UHGV virus genome: UHGV-0045958
Direction: 5' to 3' (one strand)
From: a virus
Length of the DNA stretch: 40,732 nucleotides
This document shows positions 8,935 through 16,166 of this stretch, in pieces (positions within the stretch are counted from its first letter, which is position 1; each line of letters opens with the position of its first letter). The notes beneath the pieces are model-generated. The model searched no databases, was not told the origin of the DNA, and saw only the letters and a list, made by a program, of their open reading frames with translations. The position numbers and the translations under genes were made by a program.

Positions 8935-9291
8935 ATGGAAATAAAACCAGAGGATGAGTTAAGCAATATCGTTTTATTTCCGGTAAAAGAGGATGACCCT
9001 CGTAATCAGGTTAATTTTCTTTATGAGCCATCGGAAAGACCATATTGTCATCACGCCTCTGTCCGGGTTGACGAAAAAGAGCGTCAGGTCCGCTGTAAAA
9101 TCTGCGGTGCAGTTGTGGAGCCATTTGACTGGATGCTCTCTGTGGCGAAAAGAGAAACCAGACTGGCAGATGATGTAAGGCTCTTGCGTCAGGAGGAGCG
9201 GGAAAGGCGAAAAAATATAGAAAAGCTAATTCAGATTGAGCGTAACGCGAAAGCGCGGATACGCAGGGCGACAAAATCCAGAACTGAATAA
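8935..9291 (+). CDS. hypothetical zinc-ribbon / coiled-coil protein
   Basis: ATG 8935 with strong RBS (AAAGGAGAGGAG); CHH...CKICG motif and Arg/Glu-rich C-terminus; GTG 8878 is an alternative start. Confidence 0.45.
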   Translation: MEIKPEDELSNIVLFPVKEDDPRNQVNFLYEPSERPYCHHASVRVDEKERQVRCKICGAVVEPFDWMLSVAKRETRLADDVRLLRQEERERRKNIEKLIQIERNAKARIRRATKSRTE

Positions 9292-9383
9292 TTAAATTTA
9301 GCTCTGTTAAAAATTTAATCCTTAACCGGAGGGATTTCTGCACCCTCAGAACATCAGGAGGCCCCCCCCCAAGGGGGGGGGGG

Positions 9384-9448
9384 NNNNNNNNNNNNNNNNN
9401 NNNNNNNNNNNNNNNNNNNNNNNNNNNNNNNNNNNNNNNNNNNNNNNN
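9384..9448. other. assembly gap (65 N) flanked by C/G homopolymer hairpin sequence
   Basis: N-run; flanks gccccccccc aagggggggggggg / gggagggggggg. Confidence 0.95.
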
Positions 9449-9467
9449 GGGAGGGGGGGGTAGTTAA

Positions 9468-9650
9468 ATGCGAAAGTTTAAAATAATTATTGAAACGGGA
9501 ATAGCCGGTGGAGATTTCGAGGATGAATTCGAAGTGGATGATGATGCGACGCCTGATGAAATACATGACGAAGCAAAAGATATTTTCTTTAACTACTGCA
9601 ATTACTCATATCACGAAATAAAAGACGAAGAGGAAGAACAAAATGGCTGA
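9468..9650 (+). CDS. hypothetical small acidic protein
   Basis: 60-aa ORF; G-rich sequence upstream of ATG; its stop overlaps the next ATG (ATGGCTGA). Confidence 0.4.
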   Translation: MRKFKIIIETGIAGGDFEDEFEVDDDATPDEIHDEAKDIFFNYCNYSYHEIKDEEEEQNG

Positions 9651-9819
9651 TTTTGGTTCAACTAAATACAACGTCAGTTTTGAAGAATGGCATGAACTGT
9701 TAATGGACTATGCAGAGTTACGTGGTGGCAGTGCTGCTGATGCTGAAGCATGGCGTGATGATTATGAAGCAGGAAAAACTCCGGTCGAAGCATATTGTGA
9801 TGAGTGGGGCGATGAATGA
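9643..9819 (+). CDS. hypothetical small acidic protein (58 aa)
   Basis: ORF MADFGSTKYNVSFEEWHELLMDYAELRGGSAADAEAWRDDYEAGKTPVEAYCDEWGDE translated by hand; absent from the track (under 60 aa); overlapping start/stop with neighbours suggests translational coupling. Confidence 0.35.
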   Translation: MADFGSTKYNVSFEEWHELLMDYAELRGGSAADAEAWRDDYEAGKTPVEAYCDEWGDE

Positions 9820-10073
9820 GCGAGGTTAATTATCAGGAAGGGCATGAAACGGCGGGGCAAGCAAAAACAGTGGCATGGCGATATCGCTACGTGAAAAAAA
9901 AGGCGTTACGGACTTTCAGGAGAAGTAGTGGTCTGGTGACTGGAAATATGTACCGAAAAAAGAGGATTGTAACGACAGGCCGAACTATGAAATTCAGGCC
10001 TTATTCACTGCCCCGCCAGTCCCGGTTACATCAGAAGAACTGGTTAAAGCTGTGCACTTTTATGAACAACTAA
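9816..10073 (+). CDS. hypothetical basic ORF, possibly frameshifted (alternative -1 product would end at 10132)
   Basis: ATGA overlap with the upstream ORF; contains two in-frame A_AAA_AAG heptamers (9896-9902, 9956-9962); the -1 frame downstream encodes a more protein-like peptide with no start codon of its own. Confidence 0.25.
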   Translation: MSEVNYQEGHETAGQAKTVAWRYRYVKKKALRTFRRSSGLVTGNMYRKKRIVTTGRTMKFRPYSLPRQSRLHQKNWLKLCTFMNN

Positions 10074-10302
10074 AACGCGAAAATCCACCAGCATCCGGAA
10101 ACCTGATTACAGATTCCCAGATAAGGCAATGAGCTACCTGGCGCAGAACGGGCTGATAAGTATGGGGAATGTTTTACGATGAATATTTAGACTAAAGAGT
10201 TTGTAACGCTATGTAAGTGATTTTTTCTGGTTTAGATATTTATATGTTCGGCCAAATTGAGGTGTGTTTAAATGTAATTGCACATTGATTGTAGGAGGAA
10301 TA

Positions 10303-10482
10303 ATGAAAAACGCATTGCAGTTTTTGTTTGTTGCGTTCTGGTTGTTCGTATCATGTATGCCCATCATCTTCACAGCAAGGTATATGGAAAAAGTTGATGT
10401 TTTGATATTAATATTTGGATATATAAATGCCCTTTTTTTAGGGGTGTTCATGGCGGTCATGTGCATTGAATACTGGCGGTAA
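10303..10482 (+). CDS. small hydrophobic membrane protein (59 aa, two predicted TM segments)
   Basis: Strong RBS (GTAGGAGGAATAATG); product MKNALQFLFVAFWLFVSCMPIIFTARYMEKVDVLILIFGYINALFLGVFMAVMCIEYWR; lies in an AT-rich island. Confidence 0.45.
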   Translation: MKNALQFLFVAFWLFVSCMPIIFTARYMEKVDVLILIFGYINALFLGVFMAVMCIEYWR

Positions 10483-10559
10483 ATACAGCGAACGCCATTG
10501 GTTTAGTTGGATATTTACTGTGCCGGACAAAAACGGTTTGCGGGGAAATCTTAGTTAAG

Positions 10560-10741
10560 TAGAATGACTGCGGGTGCTTGAGGCTATCTGTCTCAGGCAT
10601 GAACACCAAAAGGCAGATAGAGAAAAGCCCCAGTTAACATTACGCGTCCTGCAAGACGCTTAACATTAATCTGAGGCTCAATCTATGAACGGCAAATCTA
10701 GGTTAGCCTCTTACGTGCCGAAAGGCAAGGAGAAGCAGGCT
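10560..10741. promoter_or_regulatory. hok mRNA leader with in-frame mok-like upstream start (ATG 10685); expected location of an antisense Sok-like RNA
   Basis: Inferred from hok-family type I toxin-antitoxin organisation; the ORF from 10685 extends hok by 19 codons in frame; no Sok sequence was verified. Confidence 0.3.
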
Positions 10742-10897
10742 ATGAAGCAGCAAAAGGCGATGTTAATCGCCCTGATCGTCATCTGTTTAACCGTCATTGT
10801 GACGGCACTGGTAACGAGGAAAGACCTCTGCGAGGTACGAATCCGAACCGGCCAGACGGAGGTCGCTGTCTTCACAGCTTACGAACCTGAGGAGTAA
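10742..10897 (+). CDS. hokD: Hok/Gef-family type I toxin (HokD/RelF-like)
   Basis: 51-aa product MKQQKAMLIALIVICLTVIVTALVTRKDLCEVRIRTGQTEVAVFTAYEPEE matches recalled HokD (RelF); AAGGAG RBS upstream. Confidence 0.8.
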   Translation: MKQQKAMLIALIVICLTVIVTALVTRKDLCEVRIRTGQTEVAVFTAYEPEE

Positions 10898-10967
10898 GAG
10901 ACCTGGCGGGGGAGAAATCCCTCGCCACCTCTGATGTGTCAGGCATCCTCAACGCACCCGCACGTAA

Positions 10968-10992
10968 CCCGCTTCGGCGGGTTTTGTTTTTT
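10968..10992 (+). terminator. intrinsic terminator downstream of hok
   Basis: CCCGC-ttcg-GCGGG stem-loop followed by ttttgtttttt. Confidence 0.6.
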
Positions 10993-11064
10993 CCTGGCAT
11001 TCTGGTTTACAATTCGCACGCCAGCCTGAACAACTGGCACCTGCTGCGCCAGCAGAGACAACCG

Positions 11065-11343
11065 ATGGCGCACGATACCAAATTACACAATTCTAATGAT
11101 TCTGCCGTCTTTGCCAGTAGGTGCGGACGGCGTTTTCACGCATTCAAATCAGACTGGTTCCAGCATCCTCCATGCACTGAAGAGCAGGCGGAATGGATAA
11201 TTCAGTGTTACCGCAGGCGCGGATACGAGGTTAAGAAAGCTCTTAGCCTCGACTACCGTCACTGGATAATCTCAGTCAGACTCCCTTACTCCGAACGCCC
11301 ACCGCGTTCATCCCGCACATACCAGCAACGGATCTGGAGGTAA
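11065..11343 (+). CDS. hypothetical protein (Rem-position gene)
   Basis: Track ORF 10936..11343 trimmed to the first ATG downstream of the hok terminator; weak RBS; sits in the position of Qin rem between hokD and ydfU. Confidence 0.4.
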   Translation: MAHDTKLHNSNDSAVFASRCGRRFHAFKSDWFQHPPCTEEQAEWIIQCYRRRGYEVKKALSLDYRHWIISVRLPYSERPPRSSRTYQQRIWR

Positions 11344-11344
11344 C

Positions 11345-12403
11345 GTGCGGATATTACTTCGACCTGTTCTGGTACCGGAACTCGGGCTGGTGGTCCTTAG
11401 GCCGGGCCGTGAATCCATGCAAGTATTTCATAACCCTCGAGTGCTGGTGGAGCCTGAACCGAAAAGCATGCGCGGTCTGCCGTCCGGAGTCGTCCCTGCC
11501 GTTCGCCAGCCGCTGGCGGAGGATAAATCATTACTGCCATTTTTCAGCGATGATCGGGTGATTCGTGCTGCTGGCGGCGCTGGGGCACTGTCTGACTGGC
11601 TGTTGCGTCATGTCAAATCCTGCCAGTGGCCTCATGGTGACTATCATCACAGTGAAACCGTCATTCACCGTTACGGTACCGGCGCGATGGTGTTGTGCTG
11701 GCACTGTGACAACCAGTTGCGGGACCAGACATCAGAATCACTCGGGCAACTTGCTCATCAAAACTTGTCAGCATGGATGATTGACGTCATCCGTCACGCA
11801 ATCAGCGGTACGCAGGAGAGGGAGTTATCGCTGGCCGAATTATCCTGGTGGGCGGTCTGCAATCAGGTGGCTGATGCGCTTCCGGAGTCTGTATTGTGTC
11901 GTTCACTGGGATTACCGGTGGAAAAAATCCGCTCCGTATACCGTGAGAGTGACATCGTACCGGGAGAACAGACTGCCACCAGCATACTGAAGCAGCGCAC
12001 AAAAAATATTGCGCTGCCACTTCACGTCCACCAGCAACAGCCCCCACTCCAGGAAAAGACGTTAGTAAGCATCGCCGTTGATCCGGAGTCTCCGGTTCAG
12101 TATCTCCAGCGCCAGAAACCACAACGGGAAGAGATGCCTGTATACACGCGCTGGGTAAAAACGCAGAAATGCATGACGTGCGGTAATCAGGCAGATGATC
12201 CGCATCACATCATTGGTCATGGCCTGGGAGGTATGGGAACAAAGGCTGATGATTTGTTTGTTATTCCGCTGTGCCGTAAATGTCATAACGAACTGCACGC
12301 CGGGGTAAAAGATTTTGAAGAAAAACACGGCAGCCAGCTGTTGTTGCTGATTCGTTTTTTAATGCACGCGAGAAATTCGGGTGTCCTGAAGTGGAAAGCA
12401 TGA
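11345..12403 (+). CDS. DUF968-family protein (YdfU-like)
   Basis: 352 aa with GGAGG RBS before a GTG start; C-terminal Cys/His-rich region (CMTCGNQADDPHHIIGHG...CRKCHNELH); size and position match Qin YdfU. Confidence 0.65.
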   Translation: MRILLRPVLVPELGLVVLRPGRESMQVFHNPRVLVEPEPKSMRGLPSGVVPAVRQPLAEDKSLLPFFSDDRVIRAAGGAGALSDWLLRHVKSCQWPHGDYHHSETVIHRYGTGAMVLCWHCDNQLRDQTSESLGQLAHQNLSAWMIDVIRHAISGTQERELSLAELSWWAVCNQVADALPESVLCRSLGLPVEKIRSVYRESDIVPGEQTATSILKQRTKNIALPLHVHQQQPPLQEKTLVSIAVDPESPVQYLQRQKPQREEMPVYTRWVKTQKCMTCGNQADDPHHIIGHGLGGMGTKADDLFVIPLCRKCHNELHAGVKDFEEKHGSQLLLLIRFLMHARNSGVLKWKA

Positions 12404-12784
12404 ATGACTGAACGCATAGAATTTGTTTTGCCTTACCCGCCGACGGTGAATACCTACTGGCGACGTCATGGCAATACGTATTTCATCTCGGAGGCCGGAA
12501 AGCGTTATCGCCGTGATGTGGCGCTAATTGTTCGCCAGCAGCGGCTGAAATTAAACCTGTCCGGAAGGCTGGCGATAAAGGTGATTGCAGAGCCACCGGA
12601 TAAGCGTCGTCGCGACCTGGACAATATCCTGAAAGCACCGCTGGATGCGCTGACGCATGCGGGAGTGTTAATGGACGATGAGCAGTTTGATGAAATCAAT
12701 ATCGTTCGTGGTCAGCCAGTATCTGGTGGACGTCTGGGGGTGAAGATTTACCCCATAATGCATGAAGAGCAGGTCAAAAAATGA
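12404..12784 (+). CDS. rusA: RusA Holliday junction resolvase
   Basis: 126 aa with RusA-like motifs (YPPTVNTYWR ... DKRRRDLDNILKAPLDALTHAGVLMDDEQ). Confidence 0.85.
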   Translation: MTERIEFVLPYPPTVNTYWRRHGNTYFISEAGKRYRRDVALIVRQQRLKLNLSGRLAIKVIAEPPDKRRRDLDNILKAPLDALTHAGVLMDDEQFDEINIVRGQPVSGGRLGVKIYPIMHEEQVKK

Positions 12785-13602
12785 AACTGGAAGATTTACC
12801 GAAATACTACTCCCCAAAATCCCCTGGCCTGACCGATGCATCGGCCTCAACGTCAAAAGATGCGCTGAGTATCACTGATGTGATGGCCGCGCAGGGCATG
12901 ACACAGAATCGGGCTGAGATGGGGTTTTCTGCGTTCCTGGGGAAAATGGGCATCAGTATGAATGACAGGGCGCGGGCAACAGAATTACTGGCAGATTATG
13001 CACTCAGTCGGTGCGATCGTGTTGCGGCGTTGAGAAAACTTCCGGCAGAAATAAAACCGTTAGTGATGCGCATTATGGCTTCGTACGCTTTTGAGGATTA
13101 TGCCCGCAGCGCAGCGAGTAAAAAGCAGTGCCCTTGTTGCTATGGGGAAAAATTTATTGAAAGCGTAGTTTTTACAAACAAGGTCCAGTATCCGGATGGT
13201 AAGCCGCCGGTATGGGCAAAGTGTACGAAAGGTGTGTATTCGTCTTACTGGGAAGAATGGAAAAAAGTCAGGGAGGTGGTAAAAGTTGCCTGTCCGGAGT
13301 GTGGCGGAAAGGGTGAGGTTTCCACCGCCTGTAAGGATTGCCGTGGGCGTGGTGTCGCCATTCATCGTGAAGAGTCGGTAAAACGTGGTATGCCTGTTAT
13401 CAGAGACTGCCAGCGTTGTGGTGGTCGTGGCTATGAAAGACTACCATCAACGGAGACATTTAATGCTATATGCGAGGTGACAAACCAGATAACACGCGCG
13501 TCATGGGAAAAAACAGTTAAGAAATTCTATGATGCGCTGGTGACCCGGTTTGATATTGAAGAAGCATGGGCTGAGCGGCAGTTAAAAAAGGTAACTAGGT
13601 AA
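12781..13602 (+). CDS. late-gene antiterminator Q-like protein (QuuQ-type, Cys-rich)
   Basis: 273 aa with several CxxC pairs (CPCCYGEK, CPECGGKGE, CKDCRGRG, CQRCGGRG); immediately upstream of a pR'-like promoter and tR'. Confidence 0.7.
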   Translation: MKLEDLPKYYSPKSPGLTDASASTSKDALSITDVMAAQGMTQNRAEMGFSAFLGKMGISMNDRARATELLADYALSRCDRVAALRKLPAEIKPLVMRIMASYAFEDYARSAASKKQCPCCYGEKFIESVVFTNKVQYPDGKPPVWAKCTKGVYSSYWEEWKKVREVVKVACPECGGKGEVSTACKDCRGRGVAIHREESVKRGMPVIRDCQRCGGRGYERLPSTETFNAICEVTNQITRASWEKTVKKFYDALVTRFDIEEAWAERQLKKVTR

Positions 13603-13607
13603 CAAGG

Positions 13608-13635
13608 TTGATTTTTCCGGAATCTGTGGTAAATT
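13608..13635 (+). promoter_or_regulatory. late promoter pR'-like (TTGATT-N16-TAAATT)
   Basis: -35 TTGATT at 13608-13613 and -10 TAAATT at 13630-13635, directly after the Q stop; resembles lambda pR' (TTGACT/TAAATT). Confidence 0.55.
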
Positions 13636-13684
13636 CGTCATAATAATGGGCTTTTTATGCCTGACGTTAGAAGAGTTTCTACAA

Positions 13685-13706
13685 CCCGCCGCCGAGCGGG
13701 TTTTTT
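13685..13706 (+). terminator. tR'-like intrinsic terminator (end of a short 6S-like late leader RNA)
   Basis: CCCGC-cgccga-GCGGG followed by TTTTTT, about 45 nt downstream of the predicted pR' start. Confidence 0.55.
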
Positions 13707-13745
13707 ATTGCGGAATTAATTACGGACCGTTATTATTCTACTCCC

Positions 13746-13821
13746 GGCCCTTTAGCTCAGTGGTGAGAGCGAGCGACTCATAATCGCCAGGTCGCTGGTT
13801 CAAATCCAGCAAGGGCCACCA
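13746..13821 (+). tRNA. ileZ: tRNA-Ile2 (CAU anticodon; ileX/ileZ-like), possibly tRNA-Met
   Basis: 76-nt cloverleaf GGCCCUU..AGCUCAGUGGUGAGAGC..CUCAUAA..GGUCGCUGGUUCAAAUCCAGCAAGGGCCACCA with encoded CCA; very similar to recalled E. coli ileX. Confidence 0.8.
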
Positions 13822-13919
13822 TCACAAACCGCCATTAGCTTATCAGGAAGAGCAGACGACACGATAACAGGGTTGTTGGTGCGGGGGCGGGTCCCCGATG
13901 GCGGTCCATTATCGGTATT

Positions 13920-13995
13920 CAGCGTTGTTAGCTCAGCCGGGCAGAGCAATTGCCTTCTAAGCAGCTGTGGTTGCACTCCTGTTGTTTCTGGTGGT
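13920..13995 (+). pseudogene. degenerate tRNA-Arg(UCU)-like remnant
   Basis: The 5' half resembles argU (UUAGCUCAG D-arm, anticodon loop CUUCUAA), but the T-arm and 3' acceptor strand do not form. Confidence 0.3.
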
Positions 13996-14163
13996 GATGG
14001 TGGACTTCAGCAGCCGGATAATGTCGGTGCTGTCTGATGGTGTTTTGGTGGCGGGTGTGTGGTTGTTGCTTTCCCGTTGCTGAAAAAGAAAGCATCAGGC
14101 GATTAGCAGGGTATCAGTTACCCGTTGAAATTTTTAAATACCTCACAATTCCACAGCTTGATG

Positions 14164-14364
14164 ATTGTCTGGCTGCCGGAGAATTTGTTAAAAATTACAT
14201 CGCATGGTGAATCCCCCTCAGCGGCGGGGCATCTGGCAAAGTGTATGATCCAGAGAACATGCAAATTCAGTAGACAGGCTGAATTTACCGGGAGGCCCCT
14301 GGCACCATGCGACAGACAGAAATTAGGCTATACTTCAGCCCCTCTCCGGAGGGGCTTTTCTGTG
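14164..14364 (+). repeat. structured terminator-capped element, copy A (candidate sRNA or late-leader element)
   Basis: Shares with copy B a promoter-like 5' block, the gcatggtg/caccatgc long-range complement, a ccgggaggc block and an identical AGCCCCTC-tccg-GAGGGGCT terminator followed by a T-tract. Confidence 0.5.
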
Positions 14365-14632
14365 CAGGATGTGTCACAGTTTCCTGAATTCTGAGTACTG
14401 TCCTGTTACTCAGGGTGCTATATTTTCTGACGTGATGAAAGTCTGCCGGAAGGCGGAACGTATCGGAAATGACCCAGTAGAGAAAACGTTGACTCAGATA
14501 CCGATGCTGAGTTACCGGGAAACCGGCATCACATGACCGCTATCCTTCCAGGCTCGCTCCGGCGGGCCTTTTTACTGCAGAAAACAGTTTTCCCGTAAAA
14601 TGCCACGTTGCTCATAATTCAGGCTGGCGATT

Positions 14633-14830
14633 ATTGTCTGGCCGGCGGGAAGTTTGTTAAAAAATTTCGCATGGTGAATCCCCCTGTGCGGAGGGGTAAT
14701 CAGCGAGTAGGTATATGGGATAATCGCGGATTCAGGTGCTGGTACTGAATTCACCGGGAGGCACCCGGCACCATGCAATGGCACATAGCGCCACTCTCCA
14801 GCCCCTCTCCGGAGGGGCTGTTTATATTGA
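14633..14830 (+). repeat. structured terminator-capped element, copy B
   Basis: Imperfect duplicate of copy A with the same terminal hairpin (14800-14819). Confidence 0.5.
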
Positions 14831-14854
14831 TTTTGTCAGATGTGAGTAAACTCC

Positions 14855-15190
14855 TTATGGACTTTGTTGTTTTAGTCCATAAGGACATATTTGCAGAATG
14901 CAACGGTTATTAAAGCATTCATTCAATACGTTATCTGTATTTGTAGGGCATTCCTGGCTGTTTTTGATTAAATTCCAGAATGTTTTATTGAATGGTACTA
15001 CGTTGTAAATGGTTACAGGTAGCACTTTGTTATTGAGCATGATACCTGTGTGAGTCAGTGTAAATATACTTTCAGGAGGTAAGAAAGCATCCGATTGATA
15101 CCAGATTATTAATTTTACTTTACTCCATATGACTGAAAAAGATATTCCGCATGATGGCTGGATAACTGTATCAATTACAATCCACTTCAT
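14855..15190 (-). CDS. hypothetical protein (AT-rich moron, 111 aa)
   Basis: Reverse-strand ORF in a markedly AT-rich island; AAGGAAG RBS 5 nt upstream of ATG; 11-bp inverted repeat ccttatggact/agtccataagg (14853-14884) at its 3' end. Confidence 0.5.
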   Translation of the reverse strand: MKWIVIDTVIQPSCGISFSVIWSKVKLIIWYQSDAFLPPESIFTLTHTGIMLNNKVLPVTIYNVVPFNKTFWNLIKNSQECPTNTDNVLNECFNNRCILQICPYGLKQQSP

Positions 15191-15450
15191 TTAGCTTCCT
15201 TGTTTATGCCTTGCTGGTGATGTTCTGAAAAGTATAAATGATATTTTTGAATATAAACCATAGAGCAGAATTATTTTTCTGATGTTGTTTATTGTTTATT
15301 TAAATGCAGGGTGGTTTATATCTCGTCTTGTAGTTTATCCATGCATATCTGCTTGATGATCAGGTTTCTATTTAAGGTATGGTTTTGTGTTTTTTCTGTG
15401 TTACATGTCTGGTATTTTAAAGAATTATTTTTCAGATGGTGGAAAGAACC

Positions 15451-15639
15451 ATGGCATTTAAACACTATGATGTTGTCAGGGCGGCGCCGCCGTCAGATCT
15501 TGCGGAAAAGCTGACACATAAACTGAAAGAGGGCTGGCAGCCGTTTGGTAGTCCGGTGGCCATAACCCCTTATACCCTGATGCAGGCGATTGCAGCAGAA
15601 GGTGATGTGGTGGTCAGTGGTGCAACTGAGCCGGAGTGA
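15451..15639 (+). CDS. small hypothetical protein upstream of the holin
   Basis: 62-aa product MAFKHYDVVRAAPPSDLAEKL...; GGAAAG RBS-like sequence 7 nt upstream of ATG 15451; track ORF starts at 15436. Confidence 0.5.
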   Translation: MAFKHYDVVRAAPPSDLAEKLTHKLKEGWQPFGSPVAITPYTLMQAIAAEGDVVVSGATEPE

Positions 15640-15946
15640 TACTACGTCATCGTACTGGCCCGGCATTCCAGACCATAAAAGACGGTCTGGCAGTGGGACT
15701 AAATGCACTGACGCTGACGGATATTACCAAAAATGCAACGTATGGCGTTGAGATAGAAAGTCTGGTGCTGGAGATAAATACACCGGCATCATCATAAAAA
15801 GTGAGCCAGTCAAATGGAAGGTATCGTTAAACTCACCGGTAGTGTCAGTGGATCGTCTGAGACGCTTGCATGAGTTATCAGAGCCATCAGTAGTTAACTG
15901 GTGGCTTTTTTATTGTTGTCAGCTTCCGGATAACGGGAGACGGGGT

Positions 15947-16162
15947 ATGGACCAGATGGAAAAAATCACAACAGGTGTGTCATACACCACGTCAGCGGTG
16001 GGAACGGGCTACTGGTTCCTGCAGTTGCTGGACAGGGTTTCCCCGTCTCAGTGGGCGGCAATAGGCGTGCTGGGGAGTCTGCTGTTTGGGCTGCTGACAT
16101 ATCTGACTAACCTGTATTTCAAAATCAGAGAGGACCGTCGTAAGGCGGCACGGGGAGAGTAA
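15947..16162 (+). CDS. holin, phage 21 S-like (pinholin) with dual-start motif
   Basis: [71 protein letters not shown] resembles recalled S21; two in-frame ATGs (15947, 15956). Confidence 0.8.
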   Translation: MDQMEKITTGVSYTTSAVGTGYWFLQLLDRVSPSQWAAIGVLGSLLFGLLTYLTNLYFKIREDRRKAARGE

Positions 16163-16166
16163 TTCA

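Noticed and set aside
9354-9566. CRISPR-like or other repeat interpretation of the G/C homopolymer blocks around the N-runs
   Set aside because: There are no regularly spaced direct repeats with unique spacers; the pattern is homopolymer and palindrome sequence at scaffold gaps.
10936-11064. Upstream part of track ORF 10936..11343
   Set aside because: It would start inside the hok 3' region and read through the hok terminator hairpin; the gene was trimmed to ATG 11065, itself low confidence.
13861-13919. Possible third tRNA-like sequence (ggtgcgggggcgggtccccgatggcggtcc)
   Set aside because: I could not fold it into a cloverleaf by eye; it may be a further decayed tRNA fragment but the support is too weak to annotate.
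14125-14394. 89-aa plus-strand ORF across repeat copy A (and 14572..14784 minus across copy B)
   Set aside because: The two repeat copies do not conserve either reading frame, and the ORFs run through the terminator hairpins; the region is better explained as structured RNA.
14000-15450. Shiga toxin genes at the Q-tRNA-lysis moron site
   Set aside because: No ORF in this interval resembles StxA or StxB in size or sequence.
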